Notes under the pieces: generated by a model
The model's database searches: none
Told to the model about the DNA's origin: nothing
What the model saw: the letters and a program-made list of their open reading frames with translations, nothing else
Shown: positions 9,312-18,757 of the stretch, one piece after another
Numbering within the stretch: the stretch's first letter is position 1
Layout: the number at the start of each line of letters is the position of its first letter
From: Bacillales bacterium UBA2753
GTDB taxonomy: Bacteria > Bacillota_I > Bacilli_A > RFN20 > CAG-826
Direction: 5' to 3'
DNA length: 64,000 nt
Assembly: GCA_002353275.1 (NCBI GenBank)
Contig: DEJH01000041.1
Coordinates: forward strand, 34,201 to 98,200
Position numbers and translations under genes: made by a program

Positions 9312-12014
9312 CTATGCTCTCACTAATTTAATTGTCGCGGTTGCACTTCCATATTCATCAACACTGATGTTGGTGGCTTCAAAGCTCCATCCTAGAGATA
9401 AACCACTATCGAGTTTGCCATCTCCGTTAAAGAACTGAGACTTATATGCTTCCATTGAGAAGCGATCACCTTGTTTGAAGATGTTATCTTCTCCAAACAC
9501 CGATAATGAACGATATTCTTCATTAACATCATTTCTGATGTAGTGAATCAAATCAAAATCAGTGTCAACACTATTATTTGTGTATTTGTGCCTATGGGTT
9601 GTTGAATCAACTTCCGCATTAACGTGCCACACTCTGATTCCGACTGAGTTCGCTCCTTTCATGCTTAATGCATGATAAGCATTTAATCCAGTTGGAGTAT
9701 ATAGATCTAATAAGATATATTCATCAAATATCTGTTTTGATTCATCCCAATGTGGAGTTAAAAGAATCATATCTCCACTAGATTGAGAATCATGGATTGT
9801 GAAGGTAATTTCATCATCTAAAGAAGTATCACTGCTATCAAAGACATATGGAGAAGCAAATCCCATCGCCATTAAGTTATATGGATCATGTCCTCCCTTA
9901 TCACTTGATTGCATAGTGAAGGCACCAGCTGGAGTAGATTTCATACTTGTATCATAGATATCAGGAATACCTAATGCGTGAGCGAATTCATGGATTGTAA
10001 CCGCCCCATTAATTCCATGGATAGATGATAAGTTATCTCTTTCTAGTTGCTTATAGGCATTTGCAGAAAGACCACTTAATCCATAGATGCCTAACGCGGA
10101 TACCCAAGTATAGCTAGGAATAGATGGTTCATACGTATATGAGTTATATAACTTTCTGCACCAACTACTACTGACAGGATAGCCATTTCTCATACAGTGA
10201 TAGTTCACTCCATAATATGCAATAACATGGTCAATCTTTCCGTCATTATTCGCATCATAATCACTTCTTGTTTCAGTTGTGCCACTTTCATCAAAGTACC
10301 ACTTAACTGCATCCGCTACTAAAGTGGTGATATTTGTGTCTTTATCACCATAATATGTAGATGCCTTACCACATTCATACCATGGGGTGACTGTTCCACT
10401 TACTTTAAGTTCACCAAGTGATTCTTCAAGATAATATGTTCTTAAGCTACGATAAGTAACTTCATCATTATTTCCAAATAAACTTAAAGTTAAATCGTTA
10501 ATGATTTGTTCTTTATGTCCTTTTTCTTCATTAATGAAGTTAGAAGAATCAGTAAACCAAATTGGGATTGCTAAGACTTTGACATCCCCTTTAGTGGATG
10601 TTGATACATGATTATTATTTTCCCAATAAGAATGATAATTCTGAGTTAATTTGGTTTTACTATTGCTCTTAGTAACAGGAACATTAAGTGAAATAGATTT
10701 ACTAACACCCTTATATGTATATGTAAGAGTGACTTTCTTCATATTTTCATCGGAAGTGTCTTCTAATGAAATTCCTAAATCATCACTTCCATTAATCGCT
10801 TCTGGTTCACCAACTTCATATACCGCATAAATCTTACCAGTAACATAAACGTTATTATCAACGATAGTAAAGGCGTCCGCCCCTAAAGGAACATAGATAT
10901 CAATAAGGTTCTTGCCGTCAAATACTTTCACTTTTGAGTGAATAGCCTTTTCTTGATCACTATCTTTACCATAAGTAATCGTGATATTAGTCTCACCAAC
11001 CCCTACAGTTTTAAAAATTCTTGAATAACCATAAGAGGTTGATCCATGAGTCAAGGAAACAACAGAAGTATCTTCGATCTCGACTTTGATAGACCCACTT
11101 AATGGATTAATTTCATAGTTATCATAGAAACACACAAATGGAGTGTTGTCCGTACTCTTTTCAATTAATAATTCATCATTATCGCGTAGTTGAGTTCTGT
11201 TATTGCCATAAAACACTTGTAAGACATCTGGATCATCATGAGTTAGAGTGAGTTTACAAGTAAATCTCTTAATAAATACGTCATTACTATCTAAAACATT
11301 GATGTAGAAGTATTTGGTGCCGTAACTTGTCGTATTATTAACATCAATCATGAAAGAGATGTCTCGATCATCTCCAGTAAAGATGACTGAATTTTCATCT
11401 TTTGGTTCAAAAGTTAAGGAATAATTCTCAAAGTTAGTAATTTCAATCTCTGGCATTGGGTAGAACTTTCCAGACATTGGAATTGAGATGTTGAAATCAA
11501 AGTTATAGCCAGAGTCACCTATTGTGACTTCATCTGATCTTGAAGTTAATATTGCTTTCACATTCGCATATTGATCACCAACAGTGATGAAGATGTTCAT
11601 TATATCAAGAGCATAAGACTTTCCTTTCTTCATCATTTTGATTTTTAAATCTGCTCGATCACCCACTTGAGCGGTTTCTTTTGTGGTGATGTTATTATTT
11701 GTGTCTATTGAACAAACGTCTTTATATGTGTCATTAAAACTAAATTCATAAACAAGAGAGTAATTGCTACCAGTGTAATCCCCCAAATCACAAGATAAAT
11801 GATATTCACCACTTAAAGGAAGATCTAATGTATACCAGATATTAGTTTCTCCAGAAACATGTTTCACTAAAGAATCATCTTCTTTTATATGGATTGATGG
11901 AGTGCCTTCTTCTGGATCTCCACCTTCTTTACCTCCGCTTGAAGAAAAACATCCAGTAACAAAAGGGGCTAATAATGATAATGTAAATAAACCAGTCAAA
12001 AAATGTTTTTTCAT
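9312..12014 (-). CDS. M6 (immune inhibitor A-like) zinc metalloprotease lipoprotein, 900 aa
   Basis: Lipobox FVTGC|FSSSGG. HEFAHALGIPDIYD matches the M6 HExxHxxGxxDxYD signature. Confidence 0.8.
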   Translation of the reverse strand: MKKHFLTGLFTLSLLAPFVTGCFSSSGGKEGGDPEEGTPSIHIKEDDSLVKHVSGETNIWYTLDLPLSGEYHLSCDLGDYTGSNYSLVYEFSFNDTYKDVCSIDTNNNITTKETAQVGDRADLKIKMMKKGKSYALDIMNIFITVGDQYANVKAILTSRSDEVTIGDSGYNFDFNISIPMSGKFYPMPEIEITNFENYSLTFEPKDENSVIFTGDDRDISFMIDVNNTTSYGTKYFYINVLDSNDVFIKRFTCKLTLTHDDPDVLQVFYGNNRTQLRDNDELLIEKSTDNTPFVCFYDNYEINPLSGSIKVEIEDTSVVSLTHGSTSYGYSRIFKTVGVGETNITITYGKDSDQEKAIHSKVKVFDGKNLIDIYVPLGADAFTIVDNNVYVTGKIYAVYEVGEPEAINGSDDLGISLEDTSDENMKKVTLTYTYKGVSKSISLNVPVTKSNSKTKLTQNYHSYWENNNHVSTSTKGDVKVLAIPIWFTDSSNFINEEKGHKEQIINDLTLSLFGNNDEVTYRSLRTYYLEESLGELKVSGTVTPWYECGKASTYYGDKDTNITTLVADAVKWYFDESGTTETRSDYDANNDGKIDHVIAYYGVNYHCMRNGYPVSSSWCRKLYNSYTYEPSIPSYTWVSALGIYGLSGLSANAYKQLERDNLSSIHGINGAVTIHEFAHALGIPDIYDTSMKSTPAGAFTMQSSDKGGHDPYNLMAMGFASPYVFDSSDTSLDDEITFTIHDSQSSGDMILLTPHWDESKQIFDEYILLDLYTPTGLNAYHALSMKGANSVGIRVWHVNAEVDSTTHRHKYTNNSVDTDFDLIHYIRNDVNEEYRSLSVFGEDNIFKQGDRFSMEAYKSQFFNGDGKLDSGLSLGWSFEATNISVDEYGSATATIKLVRA

Positions 12015-12142
12015 TTTTTTACTCTCCTATTAATTCTTTTTAAGTATAAATCAAATTCGTCATGTATTTTATGTAGAATTCATTTTTTCTTGAGTCAATC
12101 AAACAATAACTTTTATTAACATTCTCAATAAATGTGCCTGTT

Positions 12143-12165
12143 TGTGTCCTACTTTATATGATATT
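12143..12165 (+). promoter_or_regulatory. operator-like motif TGTGTCCTACTTTATATGATATT, copy 1, in the WYL gene promoter
   Basis: 22 of 23 nt identical to 13953-13975. Followed by TATAAT at 12166-12171. Confidence 0.5.
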
Positions 12166-12187
12166 CTATAATACAAGGAAACCAAAT

Positions 12188-13072
12188 ATGTCAAAGATTT
12201 CGCAAGAATTAAAAGTCCTCTTATATCTCAATCAAAGATATACGAGATCAAAATGGATTACGATTAAAGAAATCGCTAATTATCTTGAAGTTAGTAATAG
12301 ACAAGCTAGACGATATCTAGAAGATTTAAACATGATTCCAGAGATTGATGTCGGCACTAAGCTTGGTCGTAATGGAGGATATCGCTTAAGAACTCCATTA
12401 GATAAAGGTTTTGCCATGCCAGAAAACATCGTTTTAGCGTTATCAATCGCGATGAAACGTAATGAGAAAATAGAAACTGTGTTATCTACCTTACCAAACT
12501 ACGTTATTACTGATTCGATCATTGGAGATAATGAAATAGAGAATGACTCATTAGATAAGTTAGAAATCATCATCAAGGCAATTCAGAACCAAAAACAAGT
12601 CGCTTTCCACTATCAAGATATCCCTCAACTATATTTAGTGGATCCATATAAAGTTGTTTTAACAAATCACACCTATTACTTATATGCAAGGCATGACGAT
12701 GTCACAAAGAAGTTTGATATAAGTGATATAAAGGAATTAAAACAATGTGGATCTTTTAAGCCATCAAGCAAAGTTAATGATGAAATACTAAATAAACTAA
12801 GTAGATACGGAGTTAAAAACGGCAAGGAAGCCACCTTAAGAGTTAAATGTGTAGATATGAAATCCTTGTTAACTTTTGATAAATATTTTGAAGGTAAAGG
12901 GGTCAAAAACACGAAAGAACTCACTTATTCTGTTATTGGTAACAGTGAAAATGAACTCTATTATCCATTGTTTAGAATAAGCACAAAGAGTTATAAATTT
13001 TTAGACGAGGAATTCAAAAAGAAATATATAACTTATTTAAAAAATCAAATTAAGAGTATCAAGGAAAAATAA
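12188..13072 (+). CDS. WYL-domain transcriptional regulator (HTH-WYL, YafY/BrxR/CapW-like)
   Basis: N-terminal HTH IKEIANYLEVSNRQARRYLEDL ... GGYRL. Central WYL-like block VAFHYQ...YLVDPYKVVLTNHTYYLYARHDD. Start moved to MSKISQ (RBS aaggaaacc). Confidence 0.7.
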   Translation: MSKISQELKVLLYLNQRYTRSKWITIKEIANYLEVSNRQARRYLEDLNMIPEIDVGTKLGRNGGYRLRTPLDKGFAMPENIVLALSIAMKRNEKIETVLSTLPNYVITDSIIGDNEIENDSLDKLEIIIKAIQNQKQVAFHYQDIPQLYLVDPYKVVLTNHTYYLYARHDDVTKKFDISDIKELKQCGSFKPSSKVNDEILNKLSRYGVKNGKEATLRVKCVDMKSLLTFDKYFEGKGVKNTKELTYSVIGNSENELYYPLFRISTKSYKFLDEEFKKKYITYLKNQIKSIKEK

Positions 13073-13073
13073 T

Positions 13074-13925
13074 ATGGACTTAAAAGACGAATTCGATTTA
13101 GCGGTATATGAAAGTATCCCTTTTCATGGGCACATAAACACCAAAAGAAACGATAACAAATACTATGATGATGCCTATGCTGAACCAATAAAGAAATATT
13201 TTAAAAGTAATGGAGTCGAGTCATACGAGGTAAACTACAGCAAGCGATATAAATGCACATCTATCTGTGCCTTTGCTTCTAGTGGTAGGATTTGCTATTT
13301 ATATTTCAGACCAAAGAACGCTAAATTTGAGGAAAGCCTATCTAACGACTTATCAAACTCCAGGCCAACAAAAATGGATGCCGTCGTTAAAGACACTAAT
13401 TACGAATGCAAATGCCAAGAAATCGTTAGCAAATCACATACACCATTAAGTGTTAAATATTTAGAATCAAATCTTTTTAAAGAATTTAATGTTAATAATT
13501 ACAACGTAAAACCAGTTGAAGAAAAAGGTGAAGAAACCGGCAAACCATCAATAAAACAAGTTTTGGAATTTGACGTTAATGAACTAAATATAAAGTTGAA
13601 AGGCAAAAATAATTATTCCAATCTTCACTTCGACTTAAAACAATTGATTTGCCACCTAATCGCAATCGCTAATAATAATCAAAGCAATTCACCAAAAATT
13701 CTGAAATATGTATTTTTCACCCCTAACAAAGAAGTCGTTTTGAAATATAAGAAGGTTGAAAAACTGTATAAGGAGTTGAAAGAAGAAATAAACGCAATAT
13801 TAAACAAGGATAGTTCAATTTCTAGATTTGCGGAGAACCACAACATTAAAATCATAATTGATGACTCAAGTTTTGTGGAAATCAAGGACGTTGAAGACTT
13901 CAATTACCTAGAAGCTTTTAAATAG
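13074..13925 (+). CDS. hypothetical protein translationally coupled to the WYL regulator; N-terminal region has a PD-(D/E)xK-like D...ECK pattern
   Basis: ATG 2 nt after the WYL stop. MDAVVKDTNYECKCQE fits the hD-x11-ExK nuclease motif. No recognisable family for the C-terminal half. Confidence 0.55.
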   Translation: MDLKDEFDLAVYESIPFHGHINTKRNDNKYYDDAYAEPIKKYFKSNGVESYEVNYSKRYKCTSICAFASSGRICYLYFRPKNAKFEESLSNDLSNSRPTKMDAVVKDTNYECKCQEIVSKSHTPLSVKYLESNLFKEFNVNNYNVKPVEEKGEETGKPSIKQVLEFDVNELNIKLKGKNNYSNLHFDLKQLICHLIAIANNNQSNSPKILKYVFFTPNKEVVLKYKKVEKLYKELKEEINAILNKDSSISRFAENHNIKIIIDDSSFVEIKDVEDFNYLEAFK

Positions 13926-13952
13926 TAATAAAACATAACTAACCCGCCATTA

Positions 13953-13975
13953 TGTGTCCTACTTTACATGATATT
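13953..13975 (+). promoter_or_regulatory. operator-like motif TGTGTCCTACTTTACATGATATT, copy 2, upstream of 14009
   Basis: Near-identical to 12143-12165. Sits about 35 nt before the 14009 start. Confidence 0.5.
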
Positions 13976-14008
13976 TATATTATGTAGAGAAAATGAAAGG
14001 ACACTATT

Positions 14009-14524
14009 ATGGCGGTTTTTAATAAGAAGAAACTATATAGTATCTTAGTGAATACTTATGATGTTGAAAGTAAAACAGCAGAAATCATCATTGATAATTT
14101 AGAAAGTAGGCATCATCTTTCAGAATCAGAAGAGATATTGCTTTTGTCTCACGAGATTCCTCAATCTTTTATTAATGAAATTCAGCAGATGGATAGCACT
14201 ACCTTTGTAGGTCCATTCTTTTATATAGGTGGAAAAATATTCGCTTCAAAGAAAAAGGTATCACCTTTTGATCAAAAGCAAAGATTCTTTGATTCAGAAA
14301 TATCTCATTTCGATTTCTTTAACACTCTTCTTATTGATGGAGATTATGGCAATTATCCACGAGGAAGAGTGATTTACGACTCTTTAAATTCAACATACCT
14401 CATATATATGGATAAGAGCCTCTTCAGAAAAAACATCAAAGAACAAATATTGATGGAATTTGGATTACAGGATGAAAAAGTGAGTTTTAAAAATGACACT
14501 CACTACACTCATGATTACTTATAA
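14009..14524 (+). CDS. hypothetical protein, 171 aa
   Basis: ORF preceded by RBS aaaggacact and by operator copy 2. No recognisable motifs. Confidence 0.55.
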   Translation: MAVFNKKKLYSILVNTYDVESKTAEIIIDNLESRHHLSESEEILLLSHEIPQSFINEIQQMDSTTFVGPFFYIGGKIFASKKKVSPFDQKQRFFDSEISHFDFFNTLLIDGDYGNYPRGRVIYDSLNSTYLIYMDKSLFRKNIKEQILMEFGLQDEKVSFKNDTHYTHDYL

Positions 14525-14526
14525 AT

Positions 14527-14760
14527 ATGTTTGAACTAATTTGTATGTCTATTTTAGGTATCGCTTATATCGATGCATTTGTAAAAGAAGAAATAGAAGA
14601 GAAAGCGCAAAAAGAAAAAGAAAGGATTAACGAAATAAAAATATCAGTGTTTTGTTTTGCAATTAGACATCATCTTAATTATGACAATGTCGTAAAAATG
14701 CTCCAGAATAAAACACTAAAATTTGAGGATATTAGAAAAGATAGATATGAACATAAATAA
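14527..14760 (+). CDS. hypothetical protein, 77 aa
   Basis: Starts 3 nt after the 14009-14524 stop. Coiled-coil-like EEIEEKAQKEKERINEIK. Confidence 0.45.
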   Translation: MFELICMSILGIAYIDAFVKEEIEEKAQKEKERINEIKISVFCFAIRHHLNYDNVVKMLQNKTLKFEDIRKDRYEHK

Positions 14761-14890
14761 AACCAAAGAACGGATCATTAAAGAGTTATCTATTAATAAA
14801 ATTAAAGGGATTGGATGGTTACAAAAGAAATATAAGATCAGCTTCCGCTTAGCGAAGGAAATCTACCTCGAACATTGTAATAAATCATAA
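14747..14890 (+). CDS. possible 47-aa helix-hairpin-helix protein (below the ORF-track length cutoff)
   Basis: MNINKTKERIIKELSINKIKGIGWLQKKYKISFRLAKEIYLEHCNKS. L..I.GIG...A..I matches an HhH motif. Overlaps the preceding ORF by 14 nt. Confidence 0.3.
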   Translation: MNINKTKERIIKELSINKIKGIGWLQKKYKISFRLAKEIYLEHCNKS

Positions 14891-14989
14891 TACAAATACT
14901 ACTACTTTAAGATGGTATTTTTTTGTCACATATTTATATAGATATTGATTGAATCAATTCAATTGTTTTGTTAAAGTAAAAGTGGGAGA

Positions 14990-15201
14990 GCGAAATAATA
15001 TTATGCCCACCCAAATGTCGATTCAGAGACATTAAACCTGATGCACTTGTGGTGGCGCACAATAAAACGCTAATACAATAGGTGTTAGCAATGTCACATA
15101 TACATTGCGTGATACAACCGATCTTCGCGATGTGATCCCAAATACATCGTTTGAGACAATCGACCTTCGCAATGTGGTCCAGAAAACATTGCTTTTTTAT
15201 T
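14990..15201 (+). ncRNA. candidate structured RNA or leader: three related hairpins ending in an intrinsic terminator
   Basis: Hairpins GCAATGT-cacatat-ACATTGC, CGATGT-gatcccaaat-ACATCG and GCAATGT-ggtccagaaa-ACATTGC, then TTTTTTATT. Upstream helices ATGTC...GACAT and CCACC...GGTGG. About 150 nt upstream of 15356. Confidence 0.3.
15169..15201 (+). terminator. intrinsic terminator (third hairpin of the structured region)
   Basis: GCAATGT-ggtccagaaa-ACATTGC followed by TTTTTTATT. Confidence 0.6.
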
Positions 15202-15355
15202 GAAAGAAGATTAAGGAATAGGATGACTACAAAAAACCCTATTAGTAAATCCACAATAAAACATAACCATAATCAGCAAAATATTAAAAACGTGGTAGTT
15301 TTTACTATTTAGTTTGCTTAAAAGTCATTTATGACTTATTATCATATTAATCCTT

Positions 15356-16579
15356 ATGGATCAAAAAAATCAGAACCGTTCTAAATATATATTACTAACC
15401 GTATTATTCATTCTTCTTTTAGGGGTGATTATTACTTTCCCTACTTCTTTAGCTTTAGATTTTGCTAGTAAGAACACTTATCGACTTGTGATATTTGGTT
15501 TTTCTGTTTTTGATATATTCACTTTGTTATTTTTATCCATTGCTGAATTTGCCTCTCTATTTTTTGATAAGACTGCAAATAAGAAGACATTATTCGCTAC
15601 AATTTTCTTTTTAGTCGGATTCTTATTCTCTTCTGATTGGTTTGAATCAGTCAAATATATGGGAGCGAATATCACTAATGAACTCATATTAATGTGTTCC
15701 ATCATTTCTAATATCTCTTTATTGATTGGAATTATTTTCTTATTCAGTTTTATCCAACAAGATTATGAGATAAAGAAATATAATATCTACCACTATTTCG
15801 CTTTATCTTTGCCGACAATTCTATTTATTCTCTTCTCGATTATTCAATTAGATATTGGAGTGATTATTGTTACTTCTCTTGAATGTGGATATATATTCTT
15901 CTTTGTTATTCTTTATTTAATTAAACTCAAAGGAAAGAATGATAACTTCGCGGGTTATATATCTTTATTAATCGTTTCTTTAGTAAGTGTTTCTCTTTTA
16001 TTAAACGTCTTAGAATTTAATACATATATCCATCTATCTTCACTAGGAATGGTCTCTTTCTTATTCTTTATTATCTATAGCGGATATATCTTCATCTATG
16101 TCAATTATCTGATTGATAAAACGAAAAAGACATATAACTATGAAGATAAGATTAAACAAAGTGAAATTAATATAGATAACAAGATGGAAGTGAGCTGTTT
16201 TAATTCTTTTGATTGTTTTTATAAAGGTAGTAGAGTGAATTTCCCATCAAAGAAAAGTAAAGAATTCTTCGCTCTTCTTGTTTCTCTTAACGGAAAAGCC
16301 TTAACGATGGAAAAAGCGATTACATATCTATATCCTGATAAAGATATTGAACTCGCTAAACGTAGCTATCGCGATATCGTTTATAAATTAAGAAGATATT
16401 TCCAAATCATTAAGTTTAATGGAGTAACCTTTAAACGAGCAGAAACAATATTAGATATCTCCTATATCAATTGTGATTATCTTGATGTCATTAACAAAAA
16501 GAAAAAATATGATTCTTCTTCATTAATGCCTGAATATGATTGGTCAATAGAACTAGAATCAACTTTAGAAAATATTTAA
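15356..16579 (+). CDS. membrane-embedded transcriptional regulator: N-terminal multi-TM domain plus C-terminal OmpR/SARP-type winged helix
   Basis: About 8 predicted TM helices in residues 1-250. C-terminus VNFPSKKSKEFFALLVSLNGKALTMEKAITYLYPDKDIELAKRSYRDIVYKLRRYF matches the trans_reg_C / BTAD pattern. Confidence 0.65.
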   Translation: MDQKNQNRSKYILLTVLFILLLGVIITFPTSLALDFASKNTYRLVIFGFSVFDIFTLLFLSIAEFASLFFDKTANKKTLFATIFFLVGFLFSSDWFESVKYMGANITNELILMCSIISNISLLIGIIFLFSFIQQDYEIKKYNIYHYFALSLPTILFILFSIIQLDIGVIIVTSLECGYIFFFVILYLIKLKGKNDNFAGYISLLIVSLVSVSLLLNVLEFNTYIHLSSLGMVSFLFFIIYSGYIFIYVNYLIDKTKKTYNYEDKIKQSEINIDNKMEVSCFNSFDCFYKGSRVNFPSKKSKEFFALLVSLNGKALTMEKAITYLYPDKDIELAKRSYRDIVYKLRRYFQIIKFNGVTFKRAETILDISYINCDYLDVINKKKKYDSSSLMPEYDWSIELESTLENI

Positions 16580-16651
16580 ATAATTTTGGCACTTATTTGG
16601 CACTTACATCCCTATATTAATTTCTAAGTAAAGAAATAATAGGAATTTTTA

Positions 16652-17239
16652 ATGGTTGGACAATTTTTTAAATCACTTGGTTTAGCGATTCCAATGGCGA
16701 TTATAGGCGCCATCTATTTCGCACTTGGCTATGCGATGCTTTCAGTAATAAAAGACACATGGGCGGCGATTATCGTTTTATTCTTTATCAATATGTTCAT
16801 TACCTTTATTTTCACGAAGATTAATTCTGCTCTTTGGCGAGGAATGAACTTCATGTATCATTTCTGGGTTTTAGCAGTTGTTGTCGGAATGTATTTATAT
16901 TTCTATTACAACCAGTTAAAACTAGAAGATTCATGGTCATATTACATCGTTGGTGAATTCACCATCCTCTTCTTTATTGTCCCAGAATGTACATCAGGTT
17001 GGACGAGTTATCTTGTCACAACTTATATTGATGATGTCGAAGTGGATAGTTATATCTCTAAAGAATATACCTCAGGTACTTTAGTGAAACTTGGTTTTAT
17101 GGCGTTAGGCACTGCTTTATTCTCTTTAGCGATTGTCTTTTTCCACACGACAGGATTCTTCATTGTTTTTGGTGGACACTGTTTATACCTACTTGTAATG
17201 TTCTTAATCGGATTAAAAGGATTTATAGACGATCGATAA
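16652..17239 (+). CDS. hypothetical integral membrane protein, 195 aa
   Basis: 5-6 hydrophobic helices. No known motif. Confidence 0.6.
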   Translation: MVGQFFKSLGLAIPMAIIGAIYFALGYAMLSVIKDTWAAIIVLFFINMFITFIFTKINSALWRGMNFMYHFWVLAVVVGMYLYFYYNQLKLEDSWSYYIVGEFTILFFIVPECTSGWTSYLVTTYIDDVEVDSYISKEYTSGTLVKLGFMALGTALFSLAIVFFHTTGFFIVFGGHCLYLLVMFLIGLKGFIDDR

Positions 17240-17356
17240 CACAAAATAGTTAATTAATCATTGATGAAGCAAATGATTGAGGGAGATACCTTAGAGAAAT
17301 CTAGGGTATCTTTTTTTAACAAATATCTCTATGATATAAACAGGAGGAAACATGAT

Positions 17357-18328
17357 ATGACAAATTTCCAAGTATATCGTAAAACATTATCCTATTCCGC
17401 TTTAGGTTTCTTAGTGGATCTATTCGCTATGGCCTTATTAGGTGGATTAACCGCTGGAGGATTTTTAATCTTTAACCAACAAACTGATAAAGCCTTAATC
17501 GGAATGGCCGTAGGTTTTGCTATTGGAGTGGTACTCGCTATATTAATCAGTGTCTTTATTTCTAATCGAATTAAAGCCGCTCAAATCGCGATGATGGTTA
17601 AAGGAGTAACAGAAGGAAATCTTCCAGAACATACCTTCTCAGAAGGCTTTAAAGAAATTAGAGGAAGATTTGGTAAAATCACTGCCTTCTATTTCATCAC
17701 GAGTGCGATTAAAGGCGTCTTTAGACAATTAGGTAGAGCCATTAACCGTTTAGGTACTGCTTTAGGAGGAGATGTTGGTAACAGCATCACTTCCGTGATC
17801 AATTCCGCGATTGAAACTATAATCGCTTATTTATGTGATTGCTGTTTAGGTTGGATTTTATATCGTAAAGATGAAAACGCTTTTAAAGCAGGATGTGAAG
17901 GAGCAGTTATCTTCTTTAAACACGGTAAAACATTCGCTAGAAACGCTGGTAGAATCTTCGGCATGGGATTATTATCCCTCATCTTAGTGGGTGGAGGTGT
18001 ATTTGGTTTATCTTATATCATCTATGCTCAATTCCCATCAATGTTTGAAACATTAAGAATGGAAATCATTGAAGCCTTTAATAGAGGTGGAGAAGTGATG
18101 CCAGAAGCCCTTAACAGTGTAAGAAATTTAGAGCTCATCTTTGCAGGAGCGACTTCATTAATCTTATGGTCCACAATCCATTCAGTCTTATTTAGACCAT
18201 TCATCTTAGTGGGTGTTCTCCGTAACTACATGGAAGCTGGCTTAAAAGATGTTCCTACTGAAGCAGACTTTGCAGAACTTGATAAGAAATCACCTAGGTT
18301 TGCAAGACTTCATAGCAAAGTAGAATAG
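17357..18328 (+). CDS. hypothetical integral membrane protein, about 324 aa
   Basis: Start moved to MTNFQVYRK, 8 nt after AGGAGG. Several TM helices. Confidence 0.6.
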   Translation: MTNFQVYRKTLSYSALGFLVDLFAMALLGGLTAGGFLIFNQQTDKALIGMAVGFAIGVVLAILISVFISNRIKAAQIAMMVKGVTEGNLPEHTFSEGFKEIRGRFGKITAFYFITSAIKGVFRQLGRAINRLGTALGGDVGNSITSVINSAIETIIAYLCDCCLGWILYRKDENAFKAGCEGAVIFFKHGKTFARNAGRIFGMGLLSLILVGGGVFGLSYIIYAQFPSMFETLRMEIIEAFNRGGEVMPEALNSVRNLELIFAGATSLILWSTIHSVLFRPFILVGVLRNYMEAGLKDVPTEADFAELDKKSPRFARLHSKVE

Positions 18329-18340
18329 TTGATTAAACGA

Positions 18341-18371
18341 AAAACCACAGACATTCAACATCTGTGGTTTT
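18341..18371. terminator. bidirectional intrinsic terminator
   Basis: AAAA-CCACAGA-cattcaaca-TCTGTGG-TTTTC between convergent genes. Confidence 0.65.
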
Positions 18372-18415
18372 CATATACCTTTCTATCCTAATGTGCATTT
18401 AGCACAGAAGTCTTC

Positions 18416-18757
18416 TCACTTACTCTCTAAACACGATTCAAACAATTCTTTTAATTCGTATATGTCCTTACTAATTACTTCGTAAACAGTTGTGTAATCA
18501 GTAGCGCCATATTCATGAACAATTCCGTTTCTAAATCCGACTATATCTCCCCATGGAATATGTTCGTACTTCTTCTTAAAATCTTCAGACAATTGATTTA
18601 TATGCTCTATCATCTGTTGAAGTCTAAACATTGTCGCATCAATGGTTTTAATGTCACTAATGAATTCTTCAAAGGATAATCCTTTCGTGTAATTGATAAT
18701 CGCATATAGCTCAATTAAGGATTTCTCGACATAATACGAATCGTCTTTGCTACCCAT
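18416..18757 (-). CDS. hepT: HepT-type HEPN ribonuclease toxin (DUF86)
   Basis: 113 aa. R-x4-HxY HEPN motif FRNGIVHEY. Overlaps the upstream nucleotidyltransferase gene by 8 nt. Confidence 0.8.
   Translation of the reverse strand: MGSKDDSYYVEKSLIELYAIINYTKGLSFEEFISDIKTIDATMFRLQQMIEHINQLSEDFKKKYEHIPWGDIVGFRNGIVHEYGATDYTTVYEVISKDIYELKELFESCLESK

Noticed and set aside
14934-15254. 106-aa minus-strand ORF with internal LDHIAK...C repeats
   Set aside because: Its repeats simply mirror the DNA-level hairpin repeats. No RBS. The region is better explained as structured RNA plus terminator on the plus strand.
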